Source: Flaccisagitta enflata
Lineage: Eukaryota
DNA: 64,000 nucleotides
Assembly: GCA_965153355.1 (NCBI GenBank)
Contig: OZ231126.1
Location: 34,596,001-34,660,000 of the forward strand
Direction of reading: 5' to 3'
The position numbers were made by a program, and so were the translations under genes. Below are positions 1 to 64,000 of the stretch, piece after piece. Position 1 is the stretch's first letter. Each line of letters begins with the position of its first letter. Under the pieces are notes generated by a model. The model was not told where the DNA came from and searched no databases. It saw nothing but the letters and a program-made list of their open reading frames with translations.

Positions 1-108
1 ATTGGAACGAGACCAGATATTGACAATTAACACTTCCACGCGTAATACAACGTGAAGATTACAAAAACCGTAAAAAAAGGTTAGCACCCCTACTTACAGC
101 TTATGATA

Positions 109-3100
109 GGGAGGGACACGGATGGTGGCATTTTGACAGAAATGTTCCAATCATAGATTGGACACCTAGGTTATCAAATTTAATGATTTTCTGGACCAAT
201 TCAACTGTCCAATTCAATTTTTCTGAAAATTTGGAAAAACGCCAGCCATATTTTGATAAGACGTCAAATCGCGAAAAATTGCAAAAATAGCGGAAAATCA
301 TAATAAACCTTAAAGTTACATAAGATCAATTTTAAGCAAGATGATGAGTCATGTTGTTTTATTTGGGTGCCTGACTTATTATTCTTTAGTATCCATACTG
401 AGACAAAAAATGAAACTTTATTCCTCCAACCCCCCCCCCTTTATCGCCACTGTAGCCTCGAGAGGTAAAGTTTTGTGTCTGATTTTAATCATATACTATA
501 GTACTCTAGTACTCTGGTTTTACTCTTACTCATCATTTGTATTCTTCCACTATGGTTGGAGAAGAACAGATGAATAACAAGGAATTGTGACCCCAAAGAT
601 CTCACATCAGGATCTGCAAGGGCCCAAAATAGACTTAAAATCAAGAACATTTTTTTCTGTTTTTTAGCACAAAAGTGTTACACTGGCCCATTGGTCTGTG
701 CCACTTAGTGTGGGAGGAGAAACATAGGTTGCTAACGGGGATTTTGACCCTAAGGGGCTGCACAACACGTCCCTCAAAGGCTAACAATGGTCAAAAATAG
801 AAGAAATGAGGGGCAGTGGCCCCAAAGGGCCTACGTCCCCAAAGGGCCTATGTCCTATTCGGGTGTGTCAAAAATAAAAAAGTTTCTTTGATCAGATCAT
901 CAACATCAGGGTGCATAAACAAAAGAATTTTAAGACCTTTGGAGTTTTCTTTTTTCCAAATTTCATGTATACTTCATTTTTAGACGCTAATTTGTATATT
1001 GCTGTGCTTTGATTTCATATTGGAATTATTGTTTGTAAGTATAATAAAGTAGCCACTTAAATATATTGCTTTGATTTCTAATTGGGATTAAGTAATATTT
1101 GGTTTTTTTCCACCAAAATCATTAAAGAAATAGAACTTTATATTCTTTGTTGAAGATTTGGGTCTTATTTTCAACAAAACTAGGTGGAGACTCTGAAAAT
1201 ATATATATTTTTAACAATCTTTTCCTGCCTGAAAAAAAACGGAAGATGACTGAAATTTGAAAAAATAAAAACGCTAAAAGTTTTAATTCTTTTGTTTACG
1301 TACCCTGATGTTGGTGAACTGATCAAAGATACTTTTTTATTTTTGACACACAGAAATGTCTCATGGAACACAGGGGTGAATTTCCATACATCCTTCCTTC
1401 TGTATGTCTTTCCTGTTTTTATCCGTATGTCCCCCTCCAGGCTTGAAGCCCCAATCCAGACTACTGAGGCCTGAAATCTAGTCTCTGGAGCTTTAAATCA
1501 GCCCTCTTAGGCCTGATATCAGCCTTGCCCTGGCTGAAATCAGCCCTCTCAAGCCTGAAATCAGCCATCCAAGACCTGAAATCTATCTTCTCAGGTCTAA
1601 AACCAGTCCTCTCTAAACTAAAATCAGCTTGTACCTGGCAGAAATCAGCTCTCACTGGCCCTAAATCAACCCTCATAGGCCTAGAACCAGTCATCACAGG
1701 CCCTAAATCATTCCTCACAGGCCTGAGATCAGCACTCAAAGGGGTAGAGTTCAATGGAGATCACTGAAGCCGGAAAAAGGATCGCCCACACCCCCTTACT
1801 CTTTCCCTGGACTTATGGAAATTCATGCCTGTGTTTTAAAGGAGGGCATGTATGATCTTTGGATGATTTTTTTTTCATGTTTTGTAGTAGTTGAATGATA
1901 CACTGACTCATTTTTTTTGTTACCATCTAATGTAGATGAAAAGTACATATGGAATATAAGTTATGGATTGAGATGGATCTCAATCCATCTTATCTCAAAA
2001 CAGCCCAAAACTGGCAAACTTGGGCTTTTATTTTTCTGTTCTTTGGTACACTGACTCAAAATTATTGCAAGCTAAAGCGTGGTTCAACATCCAGGTGGAT
2101 AACAGGTTATAGGGAACTCAGGGGGCCCCTTTCAAGGCTTCCCAAGGGCCAAGGATGAAAATTGAAAAACACAAAGTCTAATCAGCCTCCAATCTACGTT
2201 TTTGATATTGCTTATTCTAACCATTTTAAAGCAATTTTCAACCCTTGAGAGGTGTTGTGGAAGCTCATAGGGGTCCCAGTCCTCCATCAGTAACTCTCTC
2301 CACCCCCACATGAATTGGCCAAAAATAGTTGGTCAGATTAGTGCCGAAAAATTCTTAAACAGAAAAGAATAACCCTTATCTCTACTATTTTTTTGCCCTT
2401 TGAGCCTTTGGGGGCCTTGAAGGGGTCCCCTAAAGCTCCCATTCCCTCATACACCTCTATTTCTATACTTCTACCGATGAGTCAGTGTAACACTTGTGAC
2501 TACAGAACAGAGAAAAAAATATTGCTCAATTTACCATTTTTTGGATATTTTGAGTCCTGCGATGTCTTGTAGAGACCCAAGGGGTTGTAATCCCTGCTGC
2601 CTAGTTGTACTTCTCCACCAACACCAGATGGGAATGAGGGAACAGTTAGTGTAACACTCAAGTCATCCAGAACAATGAAGAAATGAGAAATTCGACAAAT
2701 AGAAAAAAAAAGAGTATTGCTCATTTCTACCTTGGCTATTTTGGACCCTTTGGCGGCATGTGGGGGGTCCCCAGGGTCCCAAGCCCTCATTATTCTACTG
2801 TACTTCTTCTCCCAAACATAGTGGCAACAACTTTTGTGTCAGTGTAACACAAGAGTAGCATAGAATAGGAAAAAAGAAGAATATTGCTCGCTCTACCTAT
2901 TTTGTGTCATTTTGAGCCCTTGAGGACCCATGTAGGGGCTCCAAGAGGTCCCAATCCCTTTTTGCCCACTGTTCTTCATCCCCTCACCAGTTGGAAACAA
3001 CTAATGATTTAGTGTAACACTTGAGTATTAAAGAACTGAAAAGAAAAGAATGTTGCTCACAATAGCAATTTTTTCGATTTTCGCGATTTTCGCTCATATA

Positions 3101-3235
3101 GTAAACAGACTGGCGTTTTTCCAAAATTGAAGAAAATTGTTTTTTTCTGCATCAAACCCTTCTAAATACCATTAATTTCATCAAATTTAGTGTCCATTTC
3201 ATGAGTGGACAATATGACATATCCGTGTCCCTCCC
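109..3235. mobile_element. Non-autonomous TIR DNA transposon, TA-flanked
   Basis: GGGAGGGACACGGAT at 109 and its reverse complement ATCCGTGTCCCTCCC ending 3235, TA on both sides; further imperfect inverted similarity over about 200 bp; no transposase ORF. Confidence 0.75.
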
Positions 3236-3801
3236 TACTTATGACAAAACTTCCACAGGGTCATATGGGGTTTCATTCTGTAGCTTGTCACAGTACAATT
3301 TACGCCACCAAGGCGATTTTGTAATTTCGCTCCCATTCTTGAAAAATTCTACCCCAAACTTTTGCGGCGGACACCCCCTTGGAGGTCAAAAAATCCGCCT
3401 GTTGGGTTGAATATCTCTTTAACAGGGGCGAAATTCTAAATTCGCCTCGGTGGCATAAATTGTATTGAGATAAGCTATTGAATGATACCGTACACGACCA
3501 TGTAGCTATGGCGACATGAGCTGCAAGGGGGTGATATACCTTTTCGGTAATCTTCATGTTATATTCAATGTGCGTGTGTATGCTTTAAGGCCAAGGAAAA
3601 CAGTTGTAAAAAATAAAAAGCATGCGCAATGTTACCCTCACAATCAAAATTCATAATCAGCTTAGACTACCTTAAAAACGACTCGAAAGACTAATTCAAC
3701 AATGTGACGGACCGAAGGCTGGACCAACAGACCTATGTGTAGAGTCGCGTGCGGGCGACTAAAGCCGTTAAAGGCGAAGAATGACTTGCAGTTAGCCCTA
3801 C

Positions 3802-46010
<42,209 letters not shown>

Positions 46011-46895
46011 CTGACAGTGTCAAAGATTATCAAGCGACGATGGTACACGCTACACAGACCTGGGCAGATGTTAACTATACTACCCTACTTGAGGAGTGGC
46101 GAGTGGGGCGTGGGGAGTGGGGAGTGGCAAGTGCCTTTTTTTGGTTATCTCTTTTCGAACTCCTGAATCCTTTTCAATAAATGCCAAAAACAGTGTAAAT
46201 GAAAGTATCGGGCGTCTCCCTCGGTCGCCACATGAAGTGGAGGACAAGTATCTGAAAGAGCCCCTGAAAGTATCCAGAAAGTATCTAGGTTTTTTTCGCT
46301 AATTCTAGATAAGTATCCAGATAATGTTTTATTAAAGAATTCAATGTTTATACTGTTATCTGAGTAGTGGTGTTAAGTGCGTTAAGCGTCAATTGTCCAG
46401 TCTGCTGGTCAGTCTGTTATCGCGGATTATGCAGCCGGATGAAGCCTGATTAGGTCCTACACGCTAGGCAGGGTCAGTGGTCAATCTCAGTAATGATACG
46501 TGGTAGAGGCTGGAATACTGATTGTTTGTAGAGCTGTAGATTTGTTTCTGATAAAAAAAAAAAAAAAAATTTAGACTGATTTGTTCATTGGTCAGCGTTA
46601 CTGTAGACAAGACGCACTGTATGTACTACTGTGTTGTAATATACTGTCTCTTCCTAGCTCTCAGATTTTCTCTTGGCTCTTCATATCAAGACTTCGACTT
46701 TGTACTTCACCCCCCCCCTCCCCCTCCTCATCCGAGTGCCCCTTTTATCATCGCCTAGTCTCCATTCTGATTCTCTCCTCTTTACTCAACCTTTTCATCT
46801 GTTTGATTCCAGTGCTCAGTCGTCTAGCTTATCCTCTATTCTCTCATCCCATTCCCTCTTCTACTTCCCTCTCTAGACGCGCATGTACGACGTCT

Positions 46896-49083
<2,188 letters not shown>

Positions 49084-49103
49084 AAGAAAGAAAGAAAGAT
49101 TTG

Positions 49104-49165
<62 letters not shown>

Positions 49166-50098
49166 AAGAAAGAAAGAAAGATTTGGCGCACAATCCCTAA
49201 TTACATTTTGACATCCCAGTAGTAAATGTAACGGTTACTAGAGAGGCTCTAAATATGTGATTTTAGTGTTGATTAGTTTTTATGCCCCATGCTAAGCATG
49301 GGTTCCAAATATTACGGTTTGTCCGTAGGCAAACCAATCCGCAATAAATAACACGCTACGTCTACAATAAATAGACTAGATTGCGCCATTCAATGCTAAA
49401 ATCGTCCAACTGAGAGAATTTTTTCTTGGCGTAGTCAATGTATATAGACTCAATTTATGTTACGACCCGCTTGATTGAAATCTTTTTTTTCTTTCGATTG
49501 AGATGTCATACTTAGTACATAAAAGAGAAATCAATATTGTTGTTAGATATTGAATCATTTTTGAACATGATATTTTGTTGATATTATATGTTTGCATGTA
49601 AACGTGAATACATTTTCCAATGCACCAATATGCAAATTGAATTTGTTGGATGTACTCGTTGACTGAGGCCCTACAATACGCACCCAGATATCATCACAAT
49701 TAGAAACCAACGCCTCTCGCATCTTAATTTCATGTGATTGTACTAGTCCTAGATACCGGAAAGCCGGTCCTTGTGTTATTACCTAGCATTTGATTTCATG
49801 TAATTGTACTGGTCCTTGTCCTGACGAGATTGGATGAATTATGCAAGGGGATAGTAGGCTTCACTCGACCACATATTGACCAATGGCGATTGGTGATTAG
49901 ACCGGTAACTAATGTGAGTGGTGGTTTGGGTTTCCCACCAATTTAGCGTAGGATTAGGTGAGGGTTTAAAAAGGTGGTACGACAGGGTAAGGCTATTATT
50001 GGCGATCCCTTCCCTTCCTCGTGCTGCCAAGATTTCAAGAAAGAAGATTCTCAAGATTCTCAAGATTCTCAAGACCCGAAGCTCGACGAAAAACTGCC

Positions 50099-50488
50099 AT
50101 GTCCATCAAGAAGCAGTTTTGCCGGTGGCTTTTGCTCGCCGGTCTGGTCGCCTCTGGCATCGCCCTTGTTTGTCAAGAGCGCGACCCTGAAGACCCAAGT
50201 CGATGCCTGGTGTTCAACACGACCACCGATGATAAGCCAAAGAGTACGTCTGTGGCACCTACTGCTTCTGAGATAAGTTTGACTCATACTCAAAAGGTCA
50301 AACTTGCCTTTGAAATTGTAGGCGGATGTCTTTCAGTCTGTGCATTCATACTAGGAGTATATTATGGTTTAAAAAGGGGTGACAGACTGGAAGACATCGT
50401 TGCACAGGTTCATCCATTTCTTGCGCAAATGCGCGAGATTTGGAGGCGCCATCCAGCGACGCCACAGGCGGATTTGATTGATTTGTGA
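50099..50488 (+). CDS. Small intronless type I membrane protein, 129 aa, unknown family
   Basis: ATG in GCCATG context; N-terminal hydrophobic stretch WLLLAGLVASGIALVC, short ectodomain with two Cys and an NTT sequon, TM helix LAFEIVGGCLSVCAFILGVYYGL then KR. Confidence 0.7.
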   Translation: MSIKKQFCRWLLLAGLVASGIALVCQERDPEDPSRCLVFNTTTDDKPKSTSVAPTASEISLTHTQKVKLAFEIVGGCLSVCAFILGVYYGLKRGDRLEDIVAQVHPFLAQMREIWRRHPATPQADLIDL

Positions 50489-51460
50489 TCATAATCAATC
50501 GGCTTATTATCGGTGTAAGTGTTGTTGAAATAAGGCCCGGACCGTCCCTGGAAATGAAAAAAAAGGCCCCTTCTCGGGAGCCATCATACTATCTAAAAAG
50601 AATACCAGCGTAGTCACGGTGTTTTACCTTTATGTATACATATTTGTCTTTTTGTTTTATGGTTCGGTCTCGAAGCCTCTATTGGCACCAAATATAAATG
50701 ATCGGCTATCAAAACAAAAAGACAACTGCCTTTGCCTCTGTGCCAGCGTGCATTTACACGCAAATCCGTACACCTTGACGGAAATTTTGGGGTCCTCTGT
50801 TCGGTCGAACCGAGCTTCTTCTTAGTCAGTGGTTAAGCGACTCTATAAGAGGATATGTTCCTGATAGGTAGGTCTGTAACGTCATATACAGTTCCCACCC
50901 TGTTTTATGCCGCCCCTGCCCATCTGTAATACTGTCCCTGCCCACCACCAGCGACTGGTTATTTGCCGCGTATCCAGCTTTGTTTATTATAGTTATGGGT
51001 TGAGGTAGGTTAAAGCTTGACAGTGGAGTAGGTCGTTAAATCTGAACAAGTAAAGTCATTTTTTTTTCAAGGGTTTGCTTGTGACCCAAACTGTGTAAGG
51101 TAGTTATATCCTTATTGGGCCACATATAAATATGATGGATAGTTTATCTTTGTTGTTCAGCTTCATCGACAAATTCGAAATATCAAGCATACCTATCTAT
51201 GTGTTTATGAATTTTATAAAATTGAAATTTTATTTGTACCCTTTTATAAACAGTGTCATACATGAATTTATGTAGCCAAGTGAGAACATTTTAATACTCC
51301 AGAAAATAACAATCTATAGATAGCTAACAATTAATATATGATTAGACATGACAACTACTCATTAGCAAATTCCAATGTACGTACGCAATGTTAAGAGTGA
51401 AAATTCACTGCAATATGTAGATAACTTGCATTTGAATCTTTCTCAGATTTTTCCTTCCAT

Positions 51461-51545
<85 letters not shown>

Positions 51546-52249
51546 GGTCTCACTGTCTGTCTGTCTCATTGTCTCTGTATGTCTCTCTTGCTCCCTGTTT
51601 CCTCTCTCTCTCTCTATTTCTCAGTCTCTCTGTCTCTGTCTCACTGTGTCTCACTGTCTCATTGTCTTTGTCTTTCTTTTTTCTCTCTCTGTCTCTCTTT
51701 CTCTCTCTCATTGTCTCTCTCTCTCTCACTGTCTCTCTCTCTCATTGTCTCTTTCTGTGTCTCTATCACTATCCGTCTCTTTCTCTTACTGTGTCTCTTT
51801 CTCTTGTCTCTGTTTCTCTCTCCCTCTCTCTGTCTATCTATATGTCTTTCTGTATCTCTGACCCTTTCTGTCTCTCTATATTTCTCCCTGTCTGTGGGTG
51901 TTTGTGTCTCTCTCGGGACGGACAGAAAGAAGCCGCAATTCAATGGATAGAAAAATCTCTCAGACAGTGACAAAGGTGAATACCAGCATAAAAAAAAAAG
52001 CGTCGCGTCTTTTTTTTTTTTTTAGCAGTGAGTCAACTTTCGTTTTAGTTAGCGTGCTTTCACTTTTAATGTGATACGTGAAAAATAAAAAGCCGTCTGC
52101 TAAAAAGAAACAATGAAAGAAAGAAATAACGCATTTAAAACTCTCAGGCCATAACGTTCAGCCCTCATTTCATTCTCAACGCTCTCTGGGCAAACACACT
52201 TCACACCTGATTTAATTTTATCACAAATTTTTCATTTTTTTTTCTCAAA

Positions 52250-55200
52250 ATGGAATTAAACAAACTCGTCTCTCTAAATAACAAGCACAGAAACCTCACC
52301 CTTATGATGCACTACATGAATAGTGCCATCCATAATTGGGGTCAGGAATTACCAAGGTAGTTTTTTGTCGATTTTTGGGTTATTATCGATGCCGGGATTT
52401 TGTTTCAGATGGCTTTTTTTTTTCCAAAACACCCATCATACCAAAAGTCGCATAATTCTTCTAACGGACCTATTGACCTACCTACTGATGGAGCAAAGTG
52501 TAGAGTCATATGCACTCGACTGTAAAATGAACAGTGGTTACTGCATATGAAATTAAACAAATGTGTCAATTAACATCATTCTCAGAATCAGCGACGAGCT
52601 TTACCAAGATTGGTGGGATTTGATGAAAACCAAAAAGGACGCAGAACAAGCAGAAGTGGATACGAAAGCCATCAATACAACCATGGACAACAACGTGAAA
52701 AGCAACGCCGTCGCTTTGGAACACTGGAATGGACAAATCTCAAACCTACAGTCGGAGAAAAAGGCCTTGGAGGATAAGTTGGTCGAGATCAATAGCAACA
52801 TTGACGGAGCCAAGGTAAATATGCTCAATTGGCCGTAAAAATCAGTGTCTGGCATGGGAGACGAGGGAGTGGGAGGGGGGGGGGGTATGGGAATTCAAAG
52901 ATGACAACCATATTCACTATTAACCTAGTAAAACTATTTCAACTATATATGTACCTACACGCCTATTGATCCGATTTTGTTTGCCTGTTTCTAATCCAGG
53001 AGCAGCGCCAAGGCGTCGTTAGCAATCACGAAACGCGACAAGAAGAATTAAAAGGGGCGTCGGAGGCAAAGAAGAGGGTCTACGAGGCAAAGATGGCCGA
53101 GTACGTGAAATTGGCGGCATTGTTTGCCCAAAAGGCCGATCAAGAAGGCCTCGGCTTCGAGGAGGCCAATGATGTAAGTTGATGTAATGGTTTAACTAAT
53201 ATTACTTCCTTTTTTTTATAAGAACATCATTTTTTTAACCAGGTCCTTCAAAACACATAAATATAATTACTAATAAAATAACTACAATGTTCTTAATTTT
53301 GAGATAATTTGATGCCTTGATGTTTTTATTGATTAAATTGTTATAAAATTATGCAATTTAATTGTATCATCCCTAGCATGTAGGATGTAATCAGGTTATA
53401 TAAGAACATTATTTTTTTTAGCCACAGCATTAAAAAAAAATAGAAATAGTTTCTAATAAAATAACTACAGTGTTCTTAATTTTGAGATAATTTTAAGCAT
53501 TGATAATGTTATAAAGTAGGTTCTTATAAAAAAAAAGTGTACAATTTAGTCATATCATCACTCGCTACATTATTTCTTTGCAGATGGCCGCGCTAAGAGA
53601 TCGAATCGATCGTGGTCAACAGGACGTCAGCGTTGAGAGCATCGAAAGGTACGAGCGGCTTGTGCGTCTTATCGTCGACAACTCCTTCAACGTCCTCAAC
53701 ACAGACGATGGTGAAAAATTTTTTCACGCTACTCCGTCTGTGCGTGAGTCCGAACCGGATCTCATCAGCGACATGGAAGAAAAAATCGCCGAACTGGAAA
53801 GAACGGCGATGTCACGCCGATACCCAGAGCGTCTTCTCTCCACAAATGTCGGCACCACTTCCTCTTCCGCCTTGTCTACATCCGCGGAAGTGGCAGAAAT
53901 CTCTGCTCAAAATCCACCTTCAAATACCAACCGTCCATTGCAAACGCCCGTCCCCGCCGGTGTGACTATCACAACCACTGCTGAGGTTCATGTGGATGCC
54001 AACCAACCTCCCGTCGACGAGGTGATTCAGGCGGCGCCCTCGACGCCCATAGTTAACCATAAGGAGCCTACTGTCCATGTCGTCGAGCAAGATAACGTGA
54101 TCACCAAATCAAAATCCGCCGCGGGCGGGGTCGTCATCGACATGTCGGGTTCTGCCGCCGTCGAGAAGAAGAAATCATCAAAGGTTAAGGCATCAAACCC
54201 AACAGTATCGTCTCCGCCTATTCAGATTTCGCCCAATAGCACTCCACCGACAAATGACTCATTTCCATCTGCGAACATTCCACCATCTGGGAGTGGGTAC
54301 GATCGGGCAGTTTTTCCCACGGACGTCGACGCTGAAAGAAATAAAAAATCCGCAGCTGCAATCGACGAACTGTTTGATCAAAGCGACGACGACATCCCCA
54401 TGGACGCCGTGACAAATCTAACTCAAAAATCTAAAGTCCGGGGTGACGGTAACGATAGTGACGAAAGCCAGGCTAGTGGAAGCCAGATGTCGGAGGGCGC
54501 AGCGCAAAACTTCATAAACGATGGAAGAAGTACACCACTTGAAGACGAGACGCCTGCTCCACAGTATGAAGACATCAGCGATGATGAAGAAGAGGTTGGT
54601 CAACCAAAAAGCGATGCCGAGTCTGATGGGGAAGAGAATGGCAATGGTGATAGGGGCGATCATGTGGAAAGAGAAGAGGGTGGTAATGGGAGTGGGGATG
54701 GAGGTGTGAGTAGGGAGGAAGAGGAGGAGGTGCCCGAATCTGCAATCGCGGCCAACGTTCTTGTAGAGGCGATGAAAATGAACGACATGCCGACTACATC
54801 CGAAAATCCCCCAAATTACGTCCAAGCTTTTGCCGACGACGGTGATGTCCAATTTTCAAGGAAATCTGCACCACTAAAAATGGGACCGAGAAACGGCGTC
54901 GATCCGGCGAAGGTTCGTGACCCAAATCTCGTCCCTATTACCACTTCAGTTATCGCCGCTGCGGGATTCCATTCCCGCAACTCTCACGCTCACGCCATGA
55001 AAGTTCGCCAAGAGGCCTTCACTCGCGAAAACCCGCTTATCAAAGACCCAGAAGAAAAGAAGCAAACATCTATCACCGATCACATCAAACAAAAAACTGC
55101 TCACCAATCCACTTCCGGTTTCAAGCATCCTCTAGAGCGCCAACCCCCCTCCGCATCTAAACACCAAGAGCCCTCGTCATCAAAACAAGCAAACCGCGTC

Positions 55201-55953
55201 AATTCACCCTCCACTGCGCGTCAACCTATCCCTCCTTCACAACCGCGTCCATCGTTCAGTGCCGGCCAACCATCACAGAGTGGTTCATCCAATGGCGAAA
55301 GGTCACCACTCAAAAGAGTGTCACCCAACGTGCCTTACTCATTCAAAGCCCCAAAGCGACCAAATACGAGCCTCGCCTTTGGGTCGAAAACTGCAGATCT
55401 GCCAGTCGTCAGAAAAGATGGAATATCAAAAAAAAGTAAGACTTTAACAAGTAGAATGAATAACAAAATGTGCCCTTATTGTTTTTCCTTATTCTTGGGC
55501 AAGAAAAAATGCCTGTCTCCAAAAGATCATATTAGAACGGGTCAATGTTTTTTTATCAAGAAAAACCTCCAAGAATCTGGAGTGAACAAAATTTGTCCTT
55601 ACTGTCCTACCGAATTTTATTATCATAAAGGAATGTATGAAGATATCATTGAGCATTTTAAGGAAAAAAATCACTTGTGTCGTTGTCACATTTGTGGAAA
55701 AGCTCATCTTTTCTCGGATATATTTTCTCATATTTCATCTGAAATTTTAGACAGTTTTAAAGACGGTATAAAGTGTAGTAAGTGCAGGGCAGTTTTCACG
55801 TCATCAGATCTCTTTTTGACCCATCTGGAGTCAATTCACTCGGTTAGGGACAAAAATGTCTCTATTTTTAACAAATTCTTATTTGATAGTCACCCAAATT
55901 ACGACCAATTACTCACTGCCCTGTTACTAACACACTCAAAGTTAAAAATCTAA
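52250..55953 (+). CDS. Coiled-coil / disordered / C-terminal zinc-finger protein, about 959 aa, 4 exons
   Basis: Exons 52250-52356, 52586-52814, 53000-53173, 53584-55953 in phase with GT-AG introns; N-terminal heptad-like region, long acidic and S/P-rich linker, then four CxxC units (CPYC..H..C, CPYC..H..H, CHIC..H, CSKCRAVFTSSDLFLTHLESIH). Confidence 0.82.
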
Positions 55954-56335
55954 CACCCCCCCCCCCCTTCTTTTCCCGTTTCCCAACCCCAATCCTTTCT
56001 CCACTATTTCACCCGTCCACCTACTTCGTCCCACCCCTTACAGAATAAGCGTCGTGGCGTGATGGACAAATTAAGTCGATATAATTTGTGTGCGTTTTTT
56101 TTGGACACTCGCTTCGTGGATGTACCTTTTTGTTTCGTTAAATTTCTTATGATTGTTGTAATTAATGGCACCGACTGAGTTAGCCGCAGTCCCGGGCTCC
56201 AACCCATCACAACTGGGTCATTTCAATCAATTTTATTCATTTTTTTGCCCATTGTCTTCGTCGCATTTATTCATACATTCGACCAATGATTCACAGGCCT
56301 ATATTACCTTTTTGATTCACGTGAAACAATTAGAA

Positions 56336-62729
<6,394 letters not shown>

Positions 62730-63485
62730 AAGCGTCCGTGCTTAGGGACAGCACAAAACTATCCCATTATATTCTCAAAGGCGCATATGGTTTAATCTCA
62801 TTTTCAAACCAGTAACAATTGATTGTGGTTGAGTAATTATAAACTTTGCAATTGTACAGCCGAAATGGTTAAAAATTGGTGGCTTATCTTCTCAGGTCAG
62901 AAGGTTTAACTAATTTGAACCCCTCGTTCAGATATGAGTAGAGCCTCATTGATTTTGATTTTATACTTTTTATGTTTTGAATTGCATTGATTCATTGCTG
63001 TCATGGTTTATTTCTCATCATTTTCTATTCACACGTTACTCAATTCAAAAGAATAAAAGATGAGTTAAAAGAAATTTTGACAGGACCTCTACATTACTTT
63101 ACTCAGTTTGTTCATCTGGCTTATATTCTCAGGTCAGAAGGTTTAACTAATTTGAACTCCTCGTTCAGACATGAGTAGAGCCTCATTGATTTGAATTGTT
63201 TTGAATTGCATCGATTCATTGCTGTCATGGTTTATTTCTCATCATTTTCTATTCACACGTTACTCAATTCAATCGTCGCCATTTTTCTCGACACCATTTC
63301 TTTAATCACATTTTTAATGTTCTATCATCACAATTAACATGTTAATGAGGGCATTGTTTATATTTACTCCTCAAAGCGAGATCCAATCTAAATGCATCGT
63401 CGTGCCTTTCACCTAATGAAACAATAAATAGCGTTGATCAATCATTTATTTTTAATCACATAATAAATAAATCATCCATATTCAA

Positions 63486-64000
63486 TTACATAAACAATGT
63501 CAAATCTTTGCCACTTTTCTCACAAAGATCTTCAATGGATAAATGCTTAAAACTAGAACCTTTGACATAAACAGATTTGTCTAGTGTATTACCCATCACA
63601 AGACTGTTTACTGACTTGAAGATTCCGACATCCGCTACAAATTCAATCACTAATTGATACAGTGCATTATTGTTTATGTAGCTCATACAACACTGGCCAG
63701 GCGAGAAACGCATCCTTTCATCAGCTAAACAGTTTAGATACAATTGTTCATGCAAGTCGCAAAATCCGAGATTCTTGAAAAACCGCTTTTTCCAATCGAC
63801 ATAGTTTCTTAGATATTCAGGACTTGAATCAGTTCGCACCAAAAAACCATCAAACGCAAGTGATACTCGCTTGAATTTGCACAAAGATGTAGATAAATGT
63901 CCAGTTTTAAACTTGACTATAATCCCGTCAGTATTTATCCTTTGAACCGAACACGACTGGTCGCCAAAATATGTTTTTGCACCGGCAACAAAGTTTAGCA
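63486..64000 (-). CDS. C-terminal part of a probable family B (protein-primed type) DNA polymerase, 5'-partial
   Basis: Frame stays open to the window edge: LNFVAGAKTYFGDQSCSVQRINTDGIIVKF..FCDLHEQLY..PGQCC..LYQLVIEFVADVGIFKSVNSLVMGN..VYVKG. NTDG in a hydrophobic strand resembles PolB motif C (YxDTDS variant) and the tail resembles the L-x-x-E...F...KG pattern of protein-primed PolB; only about 170 aa visible and motifs are divergent. Confidence 0.55.
   Translation of the reverse strand, partial: LNFVAGAKTYFGDQSCSVQRINTDGIIVKFKTGHLSTSLCKFKRVSLAFDGFLVRTDSSPEYLRNYVDWKKRFFKNLGFCDLHEQLYLNCLADERMRFSPGQCCMSYINNNALYQLVIEFVADVGIFKSVNSLVMGNTLDKSVYVKGSSFKHLSIEDLCEKSGKDLTLFM

Noticed and set aside
46363-46520. 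Possible self-cleaving ribozyme or structured ncRNA
   Set aside because: No complete hammerhead (CUGANGA/GAAA), HDV or twister core could be traced by eye.

Overview
Eukaryotic (animal, probably invertebrate) genomic DNA, AT-rich and packed with non-autonomous transposons, minisatellites and microsatellites. The backbone is a multi-exon TAX1BP1/CALCOCO-family autophagy-receptor gene on the minus strand (15 phase-compatible exons traced from 46010 down to 3802: long coiled coil then two C-terminal UBZ-type zinc fingers; its 5' exons lie beyond 64000 or are unrecognised). Two unusual systems sit inside its introns. (1) 28701-33990 (+): a 10-exon gene encoding a divergent ribosomal protein uS5/RPS2 domain which, through a CA|GTAAGT donor that bypasses the apparent stop, is joined to an acidic tail ending in an eIF4G-like PABP-binding motif. 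(2) From about 46.1-46.9 kb to past the window end: a gene-dense, virus-like block with two single-pass membrane proteins, a coiled-coil/zinc-finger protein, a 16-exon parvovirus-NS1-like Rep (HUH-type motif plus complete SF3 helicase motifs, one apparent frameshift) and, convergent with it, the C-terminus of what looks like a protein-primed family B DNA polymerase. This resembles an intron-rich endogenous bidnavirus/Polinton-like element. All gene models were assembled by hand from splice signals and reading-frame phase; family assignments are motif recognition, not database hits.
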